Notes: generated from the letters alone by a model not told the origin. A stretch of 62,687 nt of DNA from an uncultured Sangeribacter sp. (GCA_964452865.1 CAYVNJ010000001.1:1-62687); one strand, 5' to 3'; shown: positions 40,466 to 51,337, counted from the first letter of the stretch. A program made the numbers and translations.

Positions 40466-41410
40466 ATGGATTATAAGAAAATAAAAATTGTGTTTTTCGG
40501 TACCCCCGATTTTGCTACTGCCAGTCTTCGAAAACTTGTGGAAGAAGGATGCGACATCCGTGGCGTAGTGACCGCTACCGACAAGCCTGCCGGGCGCGGA
40601 CACAAACTTCTTCAGAGTGATGTGAAAAAATATGCCGTTGAAGCTGGTCTGACTGTGTATCAACCGTCTAATCTGAAGAGTCCTGAGTTTATAGATACGT
40701 TGCGAGGATTAGATGCTGATTTATTTATAGTGATAGCCTTCCGAATGTTGCCAGAGGTTGTTTGGAGTATGCCTCGGTTGGGTACATTCAATATTCATGG
40801 TTCGTTGTTGCCCATGTATCGTGGTGCAGCACCAATCAATCATGCCCTAATGAATGGTGAGAAGAAGACGGGTGTGACTTCATTCTTACTTTCGCATGAA
40901 ATTGATACCGGCGCTATCCTGCTCCAACGAGAAACGTCCGTAGGCGACGATGAGAACGTAGGCGAGGTTTATGACCGTTTGATGAACATGGGCGCGGAAC
41001 TGACCATAGACACCCTGAAAGCACTTGCCGGGGGCAATGTGCATCCTATTCCGCAGATAAAAGGGAATTATCCTCCAGCTCCGAAGATTTTTAAGGATAC
41101 CTGTATGATTGACTGGCAACGTCCTGCGGTGGAGATACATAACCACGTCAGAGGTTTATCGCCGTATCCGGGAGCTTGGACAATATTGCGACTCTCTGAT
41201 GGCAGAGAATTGGAATGTAAGATATTTCGTACTGTCATAGACGGAACGTCAGATTTACAACCAGGCCATATAATATGCCGGAAGGATGGCTTTTCGGTCG
41301 TTTGTGGTGACGGGCGCCTACTGCAGATAATGGAACTTAAACCTTCAGGAAAGCAAAAAATGGACGGAGGTGCTTTTGTTCGGGGATATAAACCTGCATG
41401 CTGTAAATAA
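40466..41410 (+). CDS. fmt: Methionyl-tRNA formyltransferase
   Basis: FFGTPDFA, DKPAGRG, NIHGSLLP.YRGAAPI, GLSPYPGAW; ATG at 40466. Confidence 0.96.
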   Translation: MDYKKIKIVFFGTPDFATASLRKLVEEGCDIRGVVTATDKPAGRGHKLLQSDVKKYAVEAGLTVYQPSNLKSPEFIDTLRGLDADLFIVIAFRMLPEVVWSMPRLGTFNIHGSLLPMYRGAAPINHALMNGEKKTGVTSFLLSHEIDTGAILLQRETSVGDDENVGEVYDRLMNMGAELTIDTLKALAGGNVHPIPQIKGNYPPAPKIFKDTCMIDWQRPAVEIHNHVRGLSPYPGAWTILRLSDGRELECKIFRTVIDGTSDLQPGHIICRKDGFSVVCGDGRLLQIMELKPSGKQKMDGGAFVRGYKPACCK

Positions 41411-41412
41411 AT

Positions 41413-43095
41413 ATGAGACAAAGTTCTGACAAACTGTCTGCCAACATACTCGCTTCGCTGCTTGAAGAATACGGAGTGCGTGATGTCGTGGTTTCGCCAG
41501 GTTCTCGAAATGCACCTCTGATAACGGCTTGTGACGCCATGGAAGGGTTGCGTCTTTATCCGGTGATTGATGAGCGTATGGCAGCATTTATGGCACTCGG
41601 GTTAGGAATTTCTACCCGAAAACCAGTTGTCCTGATTTGTACGTCCGGCTCAGCAGTGCTTAATTATGCACCTGCTGTTGCAGAGGCATATTATGAAAAC
41701 ATCCCATTGATTGTGATTTCGGCCGACAGACCTGCAGAATGGATTGACCAGCAGGACTCTCAAACCATACGCCAATCTGGAGTATTAAGAAATATTGTAA
41801 AACGAAGTTACGATATTGCTGATATCAAGCAGGGTGATAATACAGGGGAATGGTATGCATGGAGAATCATAAATGAGGCTTTAACCACTGCCGTGAACGG
41901 GTGTAAAGGGCCTGTCCACATAAACATTCAATTTGACAATCCGCTTGGTGGTATGTCGGAACATATTTCGGCAAAGCGTGTGCGTATCCTCTCGCCGACT
42001 GAAAGCGTAGAGTCTGGCGTGCTGACCGAACTGGCTGATGAAGCTTCACGCAAAAGAGTTATGGTCGTATGCGGAAGTATGCTACCATCGTCACTATTGA
42101 ACAGAGCGTTAGGACGTTTGTCTGCAAAGCGGAATGTGGCTGTATTGACCGAGGCAACTGCCAATCTGCATATCCCAGATATTGTCAATCATATAGACCT
42201 GACCCTTGCATCGGCAGCTGATGACATTCTCGAACAGTTGCGTCCTGAATTAATTATACATATCGGTGGCGGACTTATATCCAAACGCCTCAAAAAGTAT
42301 CTGAGAACTTCGCATGCGGACGTATGGTATGTAGGTAAGAACGACGGAATAATTGATACATATCAAAACCTGACCATGACGGTTGCTATGAGTCCGGAAG
42401 TGTTTATGGCAGCTTTAGTGCATAAAATGCATCGTTTCGAGCAATCAGGCGAGTATCATCAGTTGTGGTGTGCAGTCCAGGATTTAGCGCTCAGAAGGCG
42501 TGACCAGTGTCTGGCAACACTTGAATGGTGCGACCTGAAGGCATATTCAGCGATAATGCAGGCTCTTCCGTCTGAGTATAATCTGCATATCTCTAATGGC
42601 TCGCCAATACGTTATGTGCAATATTTCGATTGCGCACGTTTTCATACTTTTCATTGTAACCGAGGAGTATCCGGAATTGACGGAAGTACCACTACAGCAT
42701 TAGGCGCATCGTTGGCTAATAAGTCCACAACCCTATTGATTACTGGAGATATGAGTCTTGCGTATGATATTGCTCCTTTGCTATCGAACTATTCATCCTC
42801 TTTCTTGAAGATTATAGTCATACGTAACGGCGGTGGCGGAATTTTCCGTATCATCGGTTCGACAGCTGAAAATCCTGGTCTTGAGAAGTATTTTGCCTCT
42901 GACCCCGATATAGATTTTACTACAGTAGCGCGTCGATTTGCAGTATGGCAAGCATCAGACTTGATAGGACTTCACGAAGTATTACCGGAATTTATAGCAG
43001 AAAATGAACGTCCTGCGTTGCTGGAGATTGTTACATCCGGTACAGAATCGGCGCGAGCTCTCCGACGCTTTATCGATATTGAAATTAGAAATTAA
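41413..43095 (+). CDS. menD: SEPHCHC synthase
   Basis: SPGSRNAPL, DER.AAF, CTSGSA, SADRP, NRGVSGIDG, GDMS...NGGGGIF. Confidence 0.95.
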   Translation: MRQSSDKLSANILASLLEEYGVRDVVVSPGSRNAPLITACDAMEGLRLYPVIDERMAAFMALGLGISTRKPVVLICTSGSAVLNYAPAVAEAYYENIPLIVISADRPAEWIDQQDSQTIRQSGVLRNIVKRSYDIADIKQGDNTGEWYAWRIINEALTTAVNGCKGPVHINIQFDNPLGGMSEHISAKRVRILSPTESVESGVLTELADEASRKRVMVVCGSMLPSSLLNRALGRLSAKRNVAVLTEATANLHIPDIVNHIDLTLASAADDILEQLRPELIIHIGGGLISKRLKKYLRTSHADVWYVGKNDGIIDTYQNLTMTVAMSPEVFMAALVHKMHRFEQSGEYHQLWCAVQDLALRRRDQCLATLEWCDLKAYSAIMQALPSEYNLHISNGSPIRYVQYFDCARFHTFHCNRGVSGIDGSTTTALGASLANKSTTLLITGDMSLAYDIAPLLSNYSSSFLKIIVIRNGGGGIFRIIGSTAENPGLEKYFASDPDIDFTTVARRFAVWQASDLIGLHEVLPEFIAENERPALLEIVTSGTESARALRRFIDIEIRN

Positions 43096-43116
43096 AACAA
43101 ATAAGACAGACATCTA

Positions 43117-43938
43117 ATGACAAAGAGAATATGGACTCCGATAAAGGAGTATACCGACATTTTATTTGAGAAATGTGGAGGTGTAGCAAAAATAACTATC
43201 AACAGACCGCATGTCTACAATGCTTTCCGGCCGTTGACAAATATGGAGATGCTTGATGCATTCCGTATCTGTCGAGAAGACCAGGAAATCGGTGTTGTAC
43301 TGCTTACGGGCGCAGGTGACAAGGCCTTCTGCAGCGGAGGCGACCAGAATGTGAAAGGTCGTGGAGGTTATGTCGGAGATGACGGTGTACCCCGACTCAA
43401 TGTACTTGACCTGCATAATGCAATTCGCTCCCTCCCGAAACCCGTTATCGCAATGGTTAATGGATATGCGATAGGTGGGGGTAACGTGTTGCAGGTCATC
43501 TGCGACCTGACAATCGCATCGGATAATGCCCGTTTCGGTCAGACAGGCCCTAAAGTCGGCAGCTTTGATGCCGGTTTCGGTTCTTCGTATCTTGCAAGTT
43601 GTGTCGGTCAGAAGAAGGCACGTGAAATATGGTATCTCTGTCGGCAGTACACTGCGCAGCAGGCTTTCGAAATGGGGATGGTCAATTGTGTCGTTCCGTT
43701 TGAACGTCTGGAAGATGAAACTATGGAATGGTGTGATACAATCTTGAAGCGTAGTCCTTTAGCAATACGTATGATAAAACGAGGTCTGAATGCAGAACTT
43801 GACGGACAGCGGGGAATGATGGAATTTGCGGGAGATGCGACATTGCTTTATTATCTCATGGATGAGGCGCAGGAAGGCAAGAATGCATTTCTTGAAAAGC
43901 GTGACTCGGATTTTAAGAACTTCCCTAAATTCCCTTGA
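43117..43938 (+). CDS. menB: 1,4-dihydroxy-2-naphthoyl-CoA synthase
   Basis: [28 protein letters not shown]. Confidence 0.97.
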   Translation: MTKRIWTPIKEYTDILFEKCGGVAKITINRPHVYNAFRPLTNMEMLDAFRICREDQEIGVVLLTGAGDKAFCSGGDQNVKGRGGYVGDDGVPRLNVLDLHNAIRSLPKPVIAMVNGYAIGGGNVLQVICDLTIASDNARFGQTGPKVGSFDAGFGSSYLASCVGQKKAREIWYLCRQYTAQQAFEMGMVNCVVPFERLEDETMEWCDTILKRSPLAIRMIKRGLNAELDGQRGMMEFAGDATLLYYLMDEAQEGKNAFLEKRDSDFKNFPKFP

Positions 43939-43942
43939 AAAG

Positions 43943-45001
43943 ATGCGGTTGGCATACGCATATCATGTCCTCAACTTCAAAGAACCTTCCGGGACTTCAC
44001 GCGGGATTCTGTTTGAAAAGCCTACATTCTTCATAAAGATATGGGACGAGTCAAATCCTGATATTTTCGGTATTGGCGAAGCCGCCGTATTTCCTGGTCT
44101 CAGTCCTGAAGCAAATGAAAGTTTCGGGAGTAAGATGCTTGAGACATTGGCTAACGTGGCGTTAGGACTACCGACAGATTTATCGGGATATTCATCCATC
44201 CAGTTCGGTCTTGAACAAGCTATTCTTGATTTTTCAAATGGCGGTCATCGATTATATTTTCCGTCTGTATTTACATGTGGTGAGAGTTGCATAACTATCA
44301 ACGGGCTTATATGGATGGGTGATTATGAAACTATGCTGCACAGAATTGAGTCGAAGCTAAAAGACGGGTTCAAATGTCTGAAATTGAAAATCGGAGGTAT
44401 TGGTTTTGAGGAGGAATTGTCGTTGCTTCGCGTGATACGCGAGCGTTTCAATCCGGAAGAACTTGAACTCAGACTTGATGCTAACGGGGCATTTTCTCCT
44501 GATAATGCAATCGAACGTCTTGACAGATTGTCGGAATATACCATTCATTCTATCGAGCAACCCATAAAGGCCGGCCAGATTGAAGAAATGGCTCGGATTT
44601 GTAGAATTTCTCCTATACCGGTTGCTCTTGATGAGGAACTGATAGGTGTTGCAAATACCGAATTACGAGTCCGTCTGCTTGAAGATATACATCCGTCATA
44701 CATTATTCTTAAGCCGGCGTTGTGTGGAGGGTTTTCAGGTGCTAACGAGTGGATAGAAATGGCGAAAGCCAGAAACATTGGTTGGTGGATTACATCCGCT
44801 CTTGAATCAAATATAGGTCTTAATGCACTGGCTCAATGGGTAGGTTCGTTGGGAGTTGAAATGCCACAAGGACTCGGAACAGGGGCTTTATATACCAATA
44901 ACTTACCCTCACCTCTTGTGCTGACCGGTGATAAACTCAAATATGATAAAGGGTTTATCATGCCCCCGACAGCGTTGGAATGTCTGGACTGGAGATACTG
45001 A
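43943..45001 (+). CDS. menC: o-succinylbenzoate synthase
   Basis: Enolase fold KLKIG, RLDANG, EQP, LDEE, ITSALES; position in men operon. Confidence 0.9.
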   Translation: MRLAYAYHVLNFKEPSGTSRGILFEKPTFFIKIWDESNPDIFGIGEAAVFPGLSPEANESFGSKMLETLANVALGLPTDLSGYSSIQFGLEQAILDFSNGGHRLYFPSVFTCGESCITINGLIWMGDYETMLHRIESKLKDGFKCLKLKIGGIGFEEELSLLRVIRERFNPEELELRLDANGAFSPDNAIERLDRLSEYTIHSIEQPIKAGQIEEMARICRISPIPVALDEELIGVANTELRVRLLEDIHPSYIILKPALCGGFSGANEWIEMAKARNIGWWITSALESNIGLNALAQWVGSLGVEMPQGLGTGALYTNNLPSPLVLTGDKLKYDKGFIMPPTALECLDWRY

Positions 45002-45004
45002 TAT

Positions 45005-45961
45005 ATGACTGTTGAAGATTTTATTGCAGAGTGGTGTTCCACGTCATCAATTATAGTGGCCCACACATCGGGTTCTACCGGCAAGCCTAAGGATATATTT
45101 CTTGATAAGGCTTTCGTATTGGAGTCGGCTCGACGTACCATAAAGTTTTTTGGCCTGAATTCTCATTCGAGATTGCATTTGTGCTTATCTCCGGATTATA
45201 TAGCCGGAAAGATGATGATAGTAAGAGCTATTGAAGCCGGCTGCCGTATGACGATTGAAGAACCGTCCAATAAAGTTTTAGCTGAAGATACGGACCTCTC
45301 GCCTATTGATTTGCTGGCTACAGTACCTTCGCAACTCGAAAATCTATTACATCGGCCCAATGTACTGGAGAAAGTTCGCAATATAATAGTCGGAGGTTCT
45401 GCTATCCCACACTCATTGGTGGAAAAATGTACCTCTGCTAACCTCTGTGTCTATGAGACGTATGGAATGACAGAGACAGCTTCACATGTTGCTTTACGTC
45501 GTATTGGAGAGGAATGGTTCTACCCGCTTCGGGGAATTGCTTTTTCCAAAGATAGCCGCGGATGTCTCGTAATAACCTTCACAACAGACGGACAGGAGTT
45601 TATTACCAATGATATTGTCGATATAAATCAGGATGGTGGAATGAAAGTTCTCGGACGTATTGACAATGTCATCATTTCAGGCGGCATGAAGATTCATCCG
45701 GAAGAGGTTGAGAGAAAGATTGAGAAACTGCTATCTCCTGCAGAATATTACATATCCTCCTATCCTGATAATATCTGGGGAGAGGCAGTATGTCTTGTTT
45801 TAGAAAGAAACGAGTGTCTGTCTGACATTGATATTCTTCAGGATTCGCTTCGCAAATTATTGCCTCCGCAGGAAAGACCGAAAAAAATATGTATTGTGGA
45901 TTCTCTGCCGAGGACGGAATCCGGTAAGATAAAACGTATTACTCCTCTTTCCCCTTGTTGA
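45005..45961 (+). CDS. menE: o-succinylbenzoate-CoA ligase
   Basis: TSGSTGKPK, YGMTET, GRIDNVIISGG, LPRTESGK. Confidence 0.88.
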   Translation: MTVEDFIAEWCSTSSIIVAHTSGSTGKPKDIFLDKAFVLESARRTIKFFGLNSHSRLHLCLSPDYIAGKMMIVRAIEAGCRMTIEEPSNKVLAEDTDLSPIDLLATVPSQLENLLHRPNVLEKVRNIIVGGSAIPHSLVEKCTSANLCVYETYGMTETASHVALRRIGEEWFYPLRGIAFSKDSRGCLVITFTTDGQEFITNDIVDINQDGGMKVLGRIDNVIISGGMKIHPEEVERKIEKLLSPAEYYISSYPDNIWGEAVCLVLERNECLSDIDILQDSLRKLLPPQERPKKICIVDSLPRTESGKIKRITPLSPC

Positions 45962-47018
45962 CGATTTCAAGTTGTTGGCGTACACTTTCGCAGTGAATGG
46001 CTTCCAGTATTTCGCGCATGGCTTTTTTGCTTACTCCTGCTTTTTCTGCCATTTTCATTTTAGATTCCATAAGCCCAGCATATCGTTTATTCTGAACAAC
46101 GGGTATGTTCATTTCAGCTTTCAGTACTCCTATATCACGGCACACTTTCATGCGCTCGGCCAGAAGTGCGACGAGGTTATCATCAATACGGTCTATCTCT
46201 CTGCGCAAATCGGCCAATATAGGTTCGCTCTGGCCTCCCTTACGCATCACGAGGGAACGGACTATCTTGAGAAGTTCTTCCGGCAATATTTGTTGAGCCG
46301 CATCACTGACAGCCTTGTCGGGGTCATTGTGAGCTTCTACCATAAGACCGTCAAAGCCAACGTCCATTGCCTGTTGACACAGTGTTGCGATAAGGTCTCG
46401 TCGGCCTGACACATGGCTTGGGTCATGCAATATCGCAATGTCCGGCAACCGTCGTCTGAATTCGATTGGTATGCTCCAAACCGGTGCATTACGGTAGATT
46501 TTTTCACCGAAAAGATGAAATCCCCGATGTACAGCCCCAATAGTTTTTACTCCTGACGATTTCAAACGTTCTATCGCACCAATCCATAATTCAAGGTCGG
46601 GTGCTACTGGGTTTTTGACAAGAACGGGGATGTCAGGATAGTTGGCAAGTTCATCGGCAATTGTCTGTACTGCAAATGGGTCGGATGAAGTACGCGCTCC
46701 AATCCAGAAGACATCGACACCCGCTTCGGCAGCAAGGCGAACATGCTCGGGCGATGCAACCTCCGTAGCAACAGGCTTGCCGATAATTTCCCGCACTTTT
46801 ATCAACCAATCGAGGGCGAGTTGTCCCATACCTTCAAATCCTCCGGGATGAGTACGAGGTTTCCATACTCCTGCGCGAAAAATGCTGACGTCATCCAGGT
46901 TGATTGCATTCGCTGTAACAACCATTTGATGTTCATTTTCGGCACTGCATGGTCCTGCAATCACTAAAGGACGATTCTGTCTCGCCGATTGGATAGCATT
47001 AGCAGCAAAATCACGCAT
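45939..47018 (-). CDS. Bifunctional DAHP synthase (type I-beta) / chorismate mutase
   Basis: IAGPCSAE, WKPRT, WIGAR, DPSH; C-terminal AroQ domain LRREIDRID; alternative start 47048. Confidence 0.9.
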   Translation of the reverse strand: MRDFAANAIQSARQNRPLVIAGPCSAENEHQMVVTANAINLDDVSIFRAGVWKPRTHPGGFEGMGQLALDWLIKVREIIGKPVATEVASPEHVRLAAEAGVDVFWIGARTSSDPFAVQTIADELANYPDIPVLVKNPVAPDLELWIGAIERLKSSGVKTIGAVHRGFHLFGEKIYRNAPVWSIPIEFRRRLPDIAILHDPSHVSGRRDLIATLCQQAMDVGFDGLMVEAHNDPDKAVSDAAQQILPEELLKIVRSLVMRKGGQSEPILADLRREIDRIDDNLVALLAERMKVCRDIGVLKAEMNIPVVQNKRYAGLMESKMKMAEKAGVSKKAMREILEAIHCESVRQQLEIVNKGKEE

Positions 47019-47071
47019 GTTATTTTCCGTATTGTTGAGGATATGCATTTCTTGTAGTCAAAATATTCGTA

Positions 47072-47094
47072 CAAAGATAATTGATTATGGTCAA
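47072..47094 (-). promoter_or_regulatory. -7 element of the DAHP/CM gene with adjacent FNR-like palindrome
   Basis: TATCTTTG on minus strand (47072-47079) next to TTGAT-N4-GTCAA (47081-47094). Confidence 0.5.
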
Positions 47095-47147
47095 TAGGAT
47101 GTTATTACTTTTGAAATTTCTGAAATTTGAAGTTTATTATGAAATGT

Positions 47148-47180
47148 ATTTGGTGTGTAATAAATTATGTTGTAAATTTG
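47148..47180 (+). promoter_or_regulatory. Consensus promoter of the Crp/Fnr gene
   Basis: TTTG-N21-TAAATTTG. Confidence 0.7.
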
Positions 47181-47215
47181 TGTTGTAAAACATACGGTTT
47201 TTGCACAATCAGACT

Positions 47216-47917
47216 ATGTTGAAGAAAAGCACGCTGGAAGAAATCATAAGTCATGACCTTTCGGAAATGTGGAATGCGTTGAATGCTGAGCAAAAACGCA
47301 TTATAATCGACCAGTTCGAAATACATAATTATAAGAAAAATCAGATTATCTATGTCGAGCAGGACGAACCTGAGTTTTTATGGGTTCTCCTGAAGGGCAA
47401 AGTTAAGATGTATAAAAACGGTATAGGAGACCGTGTGCAGATTCTACGTTTATATCGTCCTGTACAATATTTTGGCTATCGTGCTTATTTCGCGAGAGAA
47501 TGTTATGTATCGAGTTGTGCAGCGTTCGAACCTTCTGTAATCGGGTCTTTGCCCATGAAACTTGTCGAGAAGCTTGTGCGCGAAAATAACGAATTGGCAA
47601 TGTTCTTTATTCACGACCTCTCCCGCAATCTCGGAGGTGCAGATACAAAAATTGTCAATCTTACTCAGAAACATATTAGAGGCCGTTTGGCAGAAGCACT
47701 ACTTTTACTAAAAGATAATTATGGTCTTGAAGATGACGGTGCGACATTGCGTATATATATGAGCCGTGAGGACTTGGCTAACCTTTCTAATATGACAACA
47801 TCGAACGCTATTCGTACTTTAAGTTGTTTTGTCAATGAAAAACTACTTGTTGTAGACGGTCGCAGAGTCAAGATTATCAATGAGCAGCAGCTTCGTAAGA
47901 TATCTAAATTCGGCTGA
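47216..47917 (+). CDS. Crp/Fnr family transcriptional regulator
   Basis: cNMP-binding-like domain (KGKVKMYK), RGRLAEALL, HTH MSREDLANLSNMTTSNAIRTLS. Confidence 0.93.
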   Translation: MLKKSTLEEIISHDLSEMWNALNAEQKRIIIDQFEIHNYKKNQIIYVEQDEPEFLWVLLKGKVKMYKNGIGDRVQILRLYRPVQYFGYRAYFARECYVSSCAAFEPSVIGSLPMKLVEKLVRENNELAMFFIHDLSRNLGGADTKIVNLTQKHIRGRLAEALLLLKDNYGLEDDGATLRIYMSREDLANLSNMTTSNAIRTLSCFVNEKLLVVDGRRVKIINEQQLRKISKFG

Positions 47918-47927
47918 GCATTCCAGA

Positions 47928-47978
47928 TAAAAACAAATAAGTCAAGTACCAAGAAAGTACTTGACTTATTTGTTTTTA
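47928..47978. terminator. 22-bp perfect inverted repeat; probable bidirectional terminator between the Crp/Fnr gene and lpxA
   Basis: TAAAAACAAATAAGTCAAGTAC-N7-GTACTTGACTTATTTGTTTTTA. Confidence 0.8.
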
Positions 47979-47988
47979 GTAACAGACG

Positions 47989-48765
47989 TCAGACTGCGGA
48001 ACGGATAATTCCTCTTTCTGAGTGGGTTACGAAGTGAACAACTTCTTCGCGTAATTCTGATTCAGGCAAGGTTTCGAGAATCATCTTGACTGCATTGGTT
48101 ACGTTCAAATCGCTGAGATACAGAATACGATAAATTTCCTGAAGTGTTGAAATCTGTTCTTTGGAGTAGCCGCGGCGGTTTAGGCCGATAGAGTTCAGAC
48201 CAACAAACGATATTGGCTCGCGAGCGGCCTTCACGTAAGGTGGAATGTCTTTGTTGACTAATGCGCCGCCTTGAAGCATTATGCCTTTGCCGAGATGACA
48301 GAACTGATGTACCATGCTGCCGCCGCCAATGACAGCGTTATCATCAACGCGGACTTCTCCTCCCAGCTGTGTGGCATTTGATATAATAATTCCATTTCCG
48401 AGTCGGCAATCGTGTGCGATATGACAATAAGCCATTATCAGACAATTCTGACCTACTTCGGTTTTGCCTTTTGATGCAGTGCCACGGTTGACGGTGACAC
48501 ATTCACGCAATGTCGTGCCATCGCCTATGCAGGCTATTGTGTCTTCACCTTTGAATTTAAGGTCCTGTGGAATACCTGCTACAACCGCTCCCGGGAAGAT
48601 AGTGACTCCGTTGCCAATACGAGCGCCAGGATATATGGTTACATTGTTCGCAATGCGACAGTTATCACCGATGACTACATTATCGTGTATTGTTGTAAAA
48701 CTCCCGATTTCAACATTATTGCCGATTTGTGCACCGGGATGAATGTCACACCATTTATTTTCCAT
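47989..48765 (-). CDS. lpxA: UDP-N-acetylglucosamine O-acyltransferase
   Basis: Hexapeptide repeats, PQDLKF.GE, RECVTVNRGT, HIAHDC, VHQFC. Confidence 0.96.
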   Translation of the reverse strand: MENKWCDIHPGAQIGNNVEIGSFTTIHDNVVIGDNCRIANNVTIYPGARIGNGVTIFPGAVVAGIPQDLKFKGEDTIACIGDGTTLRECVTVNRGTASKGKTEVGQNCLIMAYCHIAHDCRLGNGIIISNATQLGGEVRVDDNAVIGGGSMVHQFCHLGKGIMLQGGALVNKDIPPYVKAAREPISFVGLNSIGLNRRGYSKEQISTLQEIYRILYLSDLNVTNAVKMILETLPESELREEVVHFVTHSERGIIRSAV

Positions 48766-48801
48766 AAAGAAAGTTTTTAATACGGACTGGATTAGTCTAT
48801 G

Positions 48802-50184
48802 TTATTTGTTTTTAATGATTTGAGCCATAAATTCAGCTTCAGTCACAATTTTCTCACCGACAAAAGCATATCCTTTCACCAGCGCGCAACCACGGCGTAT
48901 TTCGGTAAGCAGAGTGGCATTAAGCAGTAATGTATTTCCTGGCACAACTTTCTGTCGGAATTTTACATTGTCAATCTTCATAAAGTATGTTGAGTAGCGT
49001 TCGGGGTCTTCAACAGAGTTGAGAACCAGAACACCGGCAGCTTGAGCCATAGCTTCAACTATAAGGACGCCTGGCATTACAGGTTCTTGGGGGAAATGAC
49101 CTGTGAAGAACGGTTCGTTGACAGTTACATTCTTCACTGCCACAATGTGTTTCTTGTCCATTTCGATGATTTTATCAATCATCAGCATAGGATACCGGTG
49201 CGGGAGCAACGCGCGGATGCCGTTTATATCCATCAGAGGTTCTGTATTCGGATTATAAACAGGTGCCTGCATCTCAGTATGCTTGACTTCTTTGCGCAGC
49301 ATGCGGGTGAATTTATTGTTCACCGTATGACCAGGTCGGACAGCCACCACACGTCCTTTCAAGGGACGACCGATGAGTGCGAGGTCGCCGATTACGTCGA
49401 CCAGTTTATGTCGTGCCGGCTCATTATCCCAACGGAGCGGTTTTTCGTTGATATAACCTAAATCGTCAAGTTTACGATGATTAATTCCAAGCAAATCGCA
49501 AAGTTGGTTTATTTGTTCTTCGGATGCCTGTTGGTCGTATATGACGATGGCATTATCCAAATCGCCTCCTTTTATCAATCCGTGCTGAAGCAGAGCTTCG
49601 AGTTCGCGTACAAATACGAATGTACGAGCCGGAGCTACTTCCTGTTTGAATTCGGCAATGTCGTCGAGAACTGCAAATTGATTGGGTATGATGCTTGAAT
49701 TATATTCGACCATTACCTCGACACTGAAATTTTCGTCAGGATATATGGTGATGATTGAACCTGTTTCGGAGTCTTTAAGCTGTGTCTTTGCTTTTATGAT
49801 GTAGAAATCTTTGTCGGCATCCTGTTCTTCTATGCCGGCTTTCTCGATTTCTTCCACATATTTAATAGCACTACCATCAAGTATAGGCATTTCCGGTGCA
49901 TTGACGTCAATGATACAGTTGTCAATACCCATGGCGTACAATGCAGCCAGTGCATGTTCTACTGTGCTGACATTAACACCATTTTTGCCCAGTACAGTTC
50001 CGCGTGTCGTTTCTATGACATTCTCAGCGAGAGCCTGTATCTCGGGTTGGCCTTCAAGGTCTGTTCTGCGAAATCGGTATCCTGTATTTGGGGCTGCCGG
50101 ATTGAAAGTAGCGGTTATTTCAAGTCCGGTATGCAATCCTTTTCCGTTCAAGGAGAAAGGTTGCTTGAGCGTAAGTTGGTTCAT
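48802..50184 (-). CDS. lpxC: Bifunctional LpxC deacetylase / FabZ dehydratase
   Basis: GKGLHTG, TVEH, ARTF, HKLVD.IGDL, then LPHRYP and FFTGHFP..PVMPGVL.VEAMAQ. Confidence 0.96.
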   Translation of the reverse strand: MNQLTLKQPFSLNGKGLHTGLEITATFNPAAPNTGYRFRRTDLEGQPEIQALAENVIETTRGTVLGKNGVNVSTVEHALAALYAMGIDNCIIDVNAPEMPILDGSAIKYVEEIEKAGIEEQDADKDFYIIKAKTQLKDSETGSIITIYPDENFSVEVMVEYNSSIIPNQFAVLDDIAEFKQEVAPARTFVFVRELEALLQHGLIKGGDLDNAIVIYDQQASEEQINQLCDLLGINHRKLDDLGYINEKPLRWDNEPARHKLVDVIGDLALIGRPLKGRVVAVRPGHTVNNKFTRMLRKEVKHTEMQAPVYNPNTEPLMDINGIRALLPHRYPMLMIDKIIEMDKKHIVAVKNVTVNEPFFTGHFPQEPVMPGVLIVEAMAQAAGVLVLNSVEDPERYSTYFMKIDNVKFRQKVVPGNTLLLNATLLTEIRRGCALVKGYAFVGEKIVTEAEFMAQIIKNK

Positions 50185-50201
50185 TATGTATTGTGAAGTT
50201 T

Positions 50202-51188
50202 TTATTTCTTGAATAGTTTGTCAATATTTTTCAGATATACTTGCATCCGTGCGTAGGTTCTTGCATCTATTGCCGGACTTCCGAGCAGGCGTTTGTGGCT
50301 GCCCACGCTGTTTGGAACCCCACTTTGTGCACCGAATTCGTTATTGTCTCCGACCGTTATATGACCGGCAAAACCTACCTGACCCCCTATCATATTGTTG
50401 TCTCCGATGTGGGTTGAGCCTGCAACACCGCCCTGAGCAGCGAATACATTGTTGCGGCCTATGACCACATTATGGCCTATCTGAATGAGGTTGTCGAGTT
50501 TTGTTCCACGGCCTATCAGTGTGCTACCCATAGTTGCTCGGTCTATCGTAGTGTTTGCACCTACTTCAGTGTCGTCCTCAAGTGTGACTATGCCAATCTG
50601 AGGTATTTTTTCATATCCGTTCGATGTGGGAGCAAATCCAAATCCGTCTGCTCCTATCACAGCTCCCGAATGAACTATACACCTTTTCCCTATATGACAA
50701 TCATGGTATATGCGGGCACCTGCATATATTATCGAGTCATCATCAATTGTGACATTATCGCCTATATATGCTTGAGGATAGATAGCGACGTTTTTACCAA
50801 GTTTCACACCTTTGCCTATATATGCGAATGCGCCTATATATCGGGCATTTTCCGTATGAGCATTTTCCGCAATGAAACATGGTTGCTCAATGCCCTCAGG
50901 AATTGGTGTGACACAAAGTTTTCCCATAAGTTCGGCAAGCGTTGAATATGGGTCGTCCACTTTGATAAGTGTGGCTGTCACTTTTTGCTCCGGCATGAAA
51001 TCTTTTCTGACTATTACGGCCGATGCCTGAGTTGTATAAATATAATGTGTATATTTTGGGTTTGCCAAAAAAGTGACGCATCCCGGGCGGGCTTCCTCAA
51101 TTTTAGCGAAATTGTCTATCACTACATCGGGATTTCCCTCTGTTTCGCCACCGGCCAGATGTGCCAACTGTTTTGCGGTAAATTCCAT
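50202..51188 (-). CDS. lpxD: UDP-3-O-(3-hydroxyacyl)glucosamine N-acyltransferase
   Basis: [35 protein letters not shown]. Confidence 0.96.
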   Translation of the reverse strand: MEFTAKQLAHLAGGETEGNPDVVIDNFAKIEEARPGCVTFLANPKYTHYIYTTQASAVIVRKDFMPEQKVTATLIKVDDPYSTLAELMGKLCVTPIPEGIEQPCFIAENAHTENARYIGAFAYIGKGVKLGKNVAIYPQAYIGDNVTIDDDSIIYAGARIYHDCHIGKRCIVHSGAVIGADGFGFAPTSNGYEKIPQIGIVTLEDDTEVGANTTIDRATMGSTLIGRGTKLDNLIQIGHNVVIGRNNVFAAQGGVAGSTHIGDNNMIGGQVGFAGHITVGDNNEFGAQSGVPNSVGSHKRLLGSPAIDARTYARMQVYLKNIDKLFKK

Positions 51189-51337
51189 TGTATGCTATTT
51201 TTTGCAAATATCGTAAAAAAAATGTTAACAGCCAAAAAACGTGTGAGATTGCAGCCTACATATCTTAAAAAGAACTTATGCGGTATTTTTTGCAATAAAA
51301 AACCTTTGAAATTGTCCTGCGATTAATTAAAAAATAT

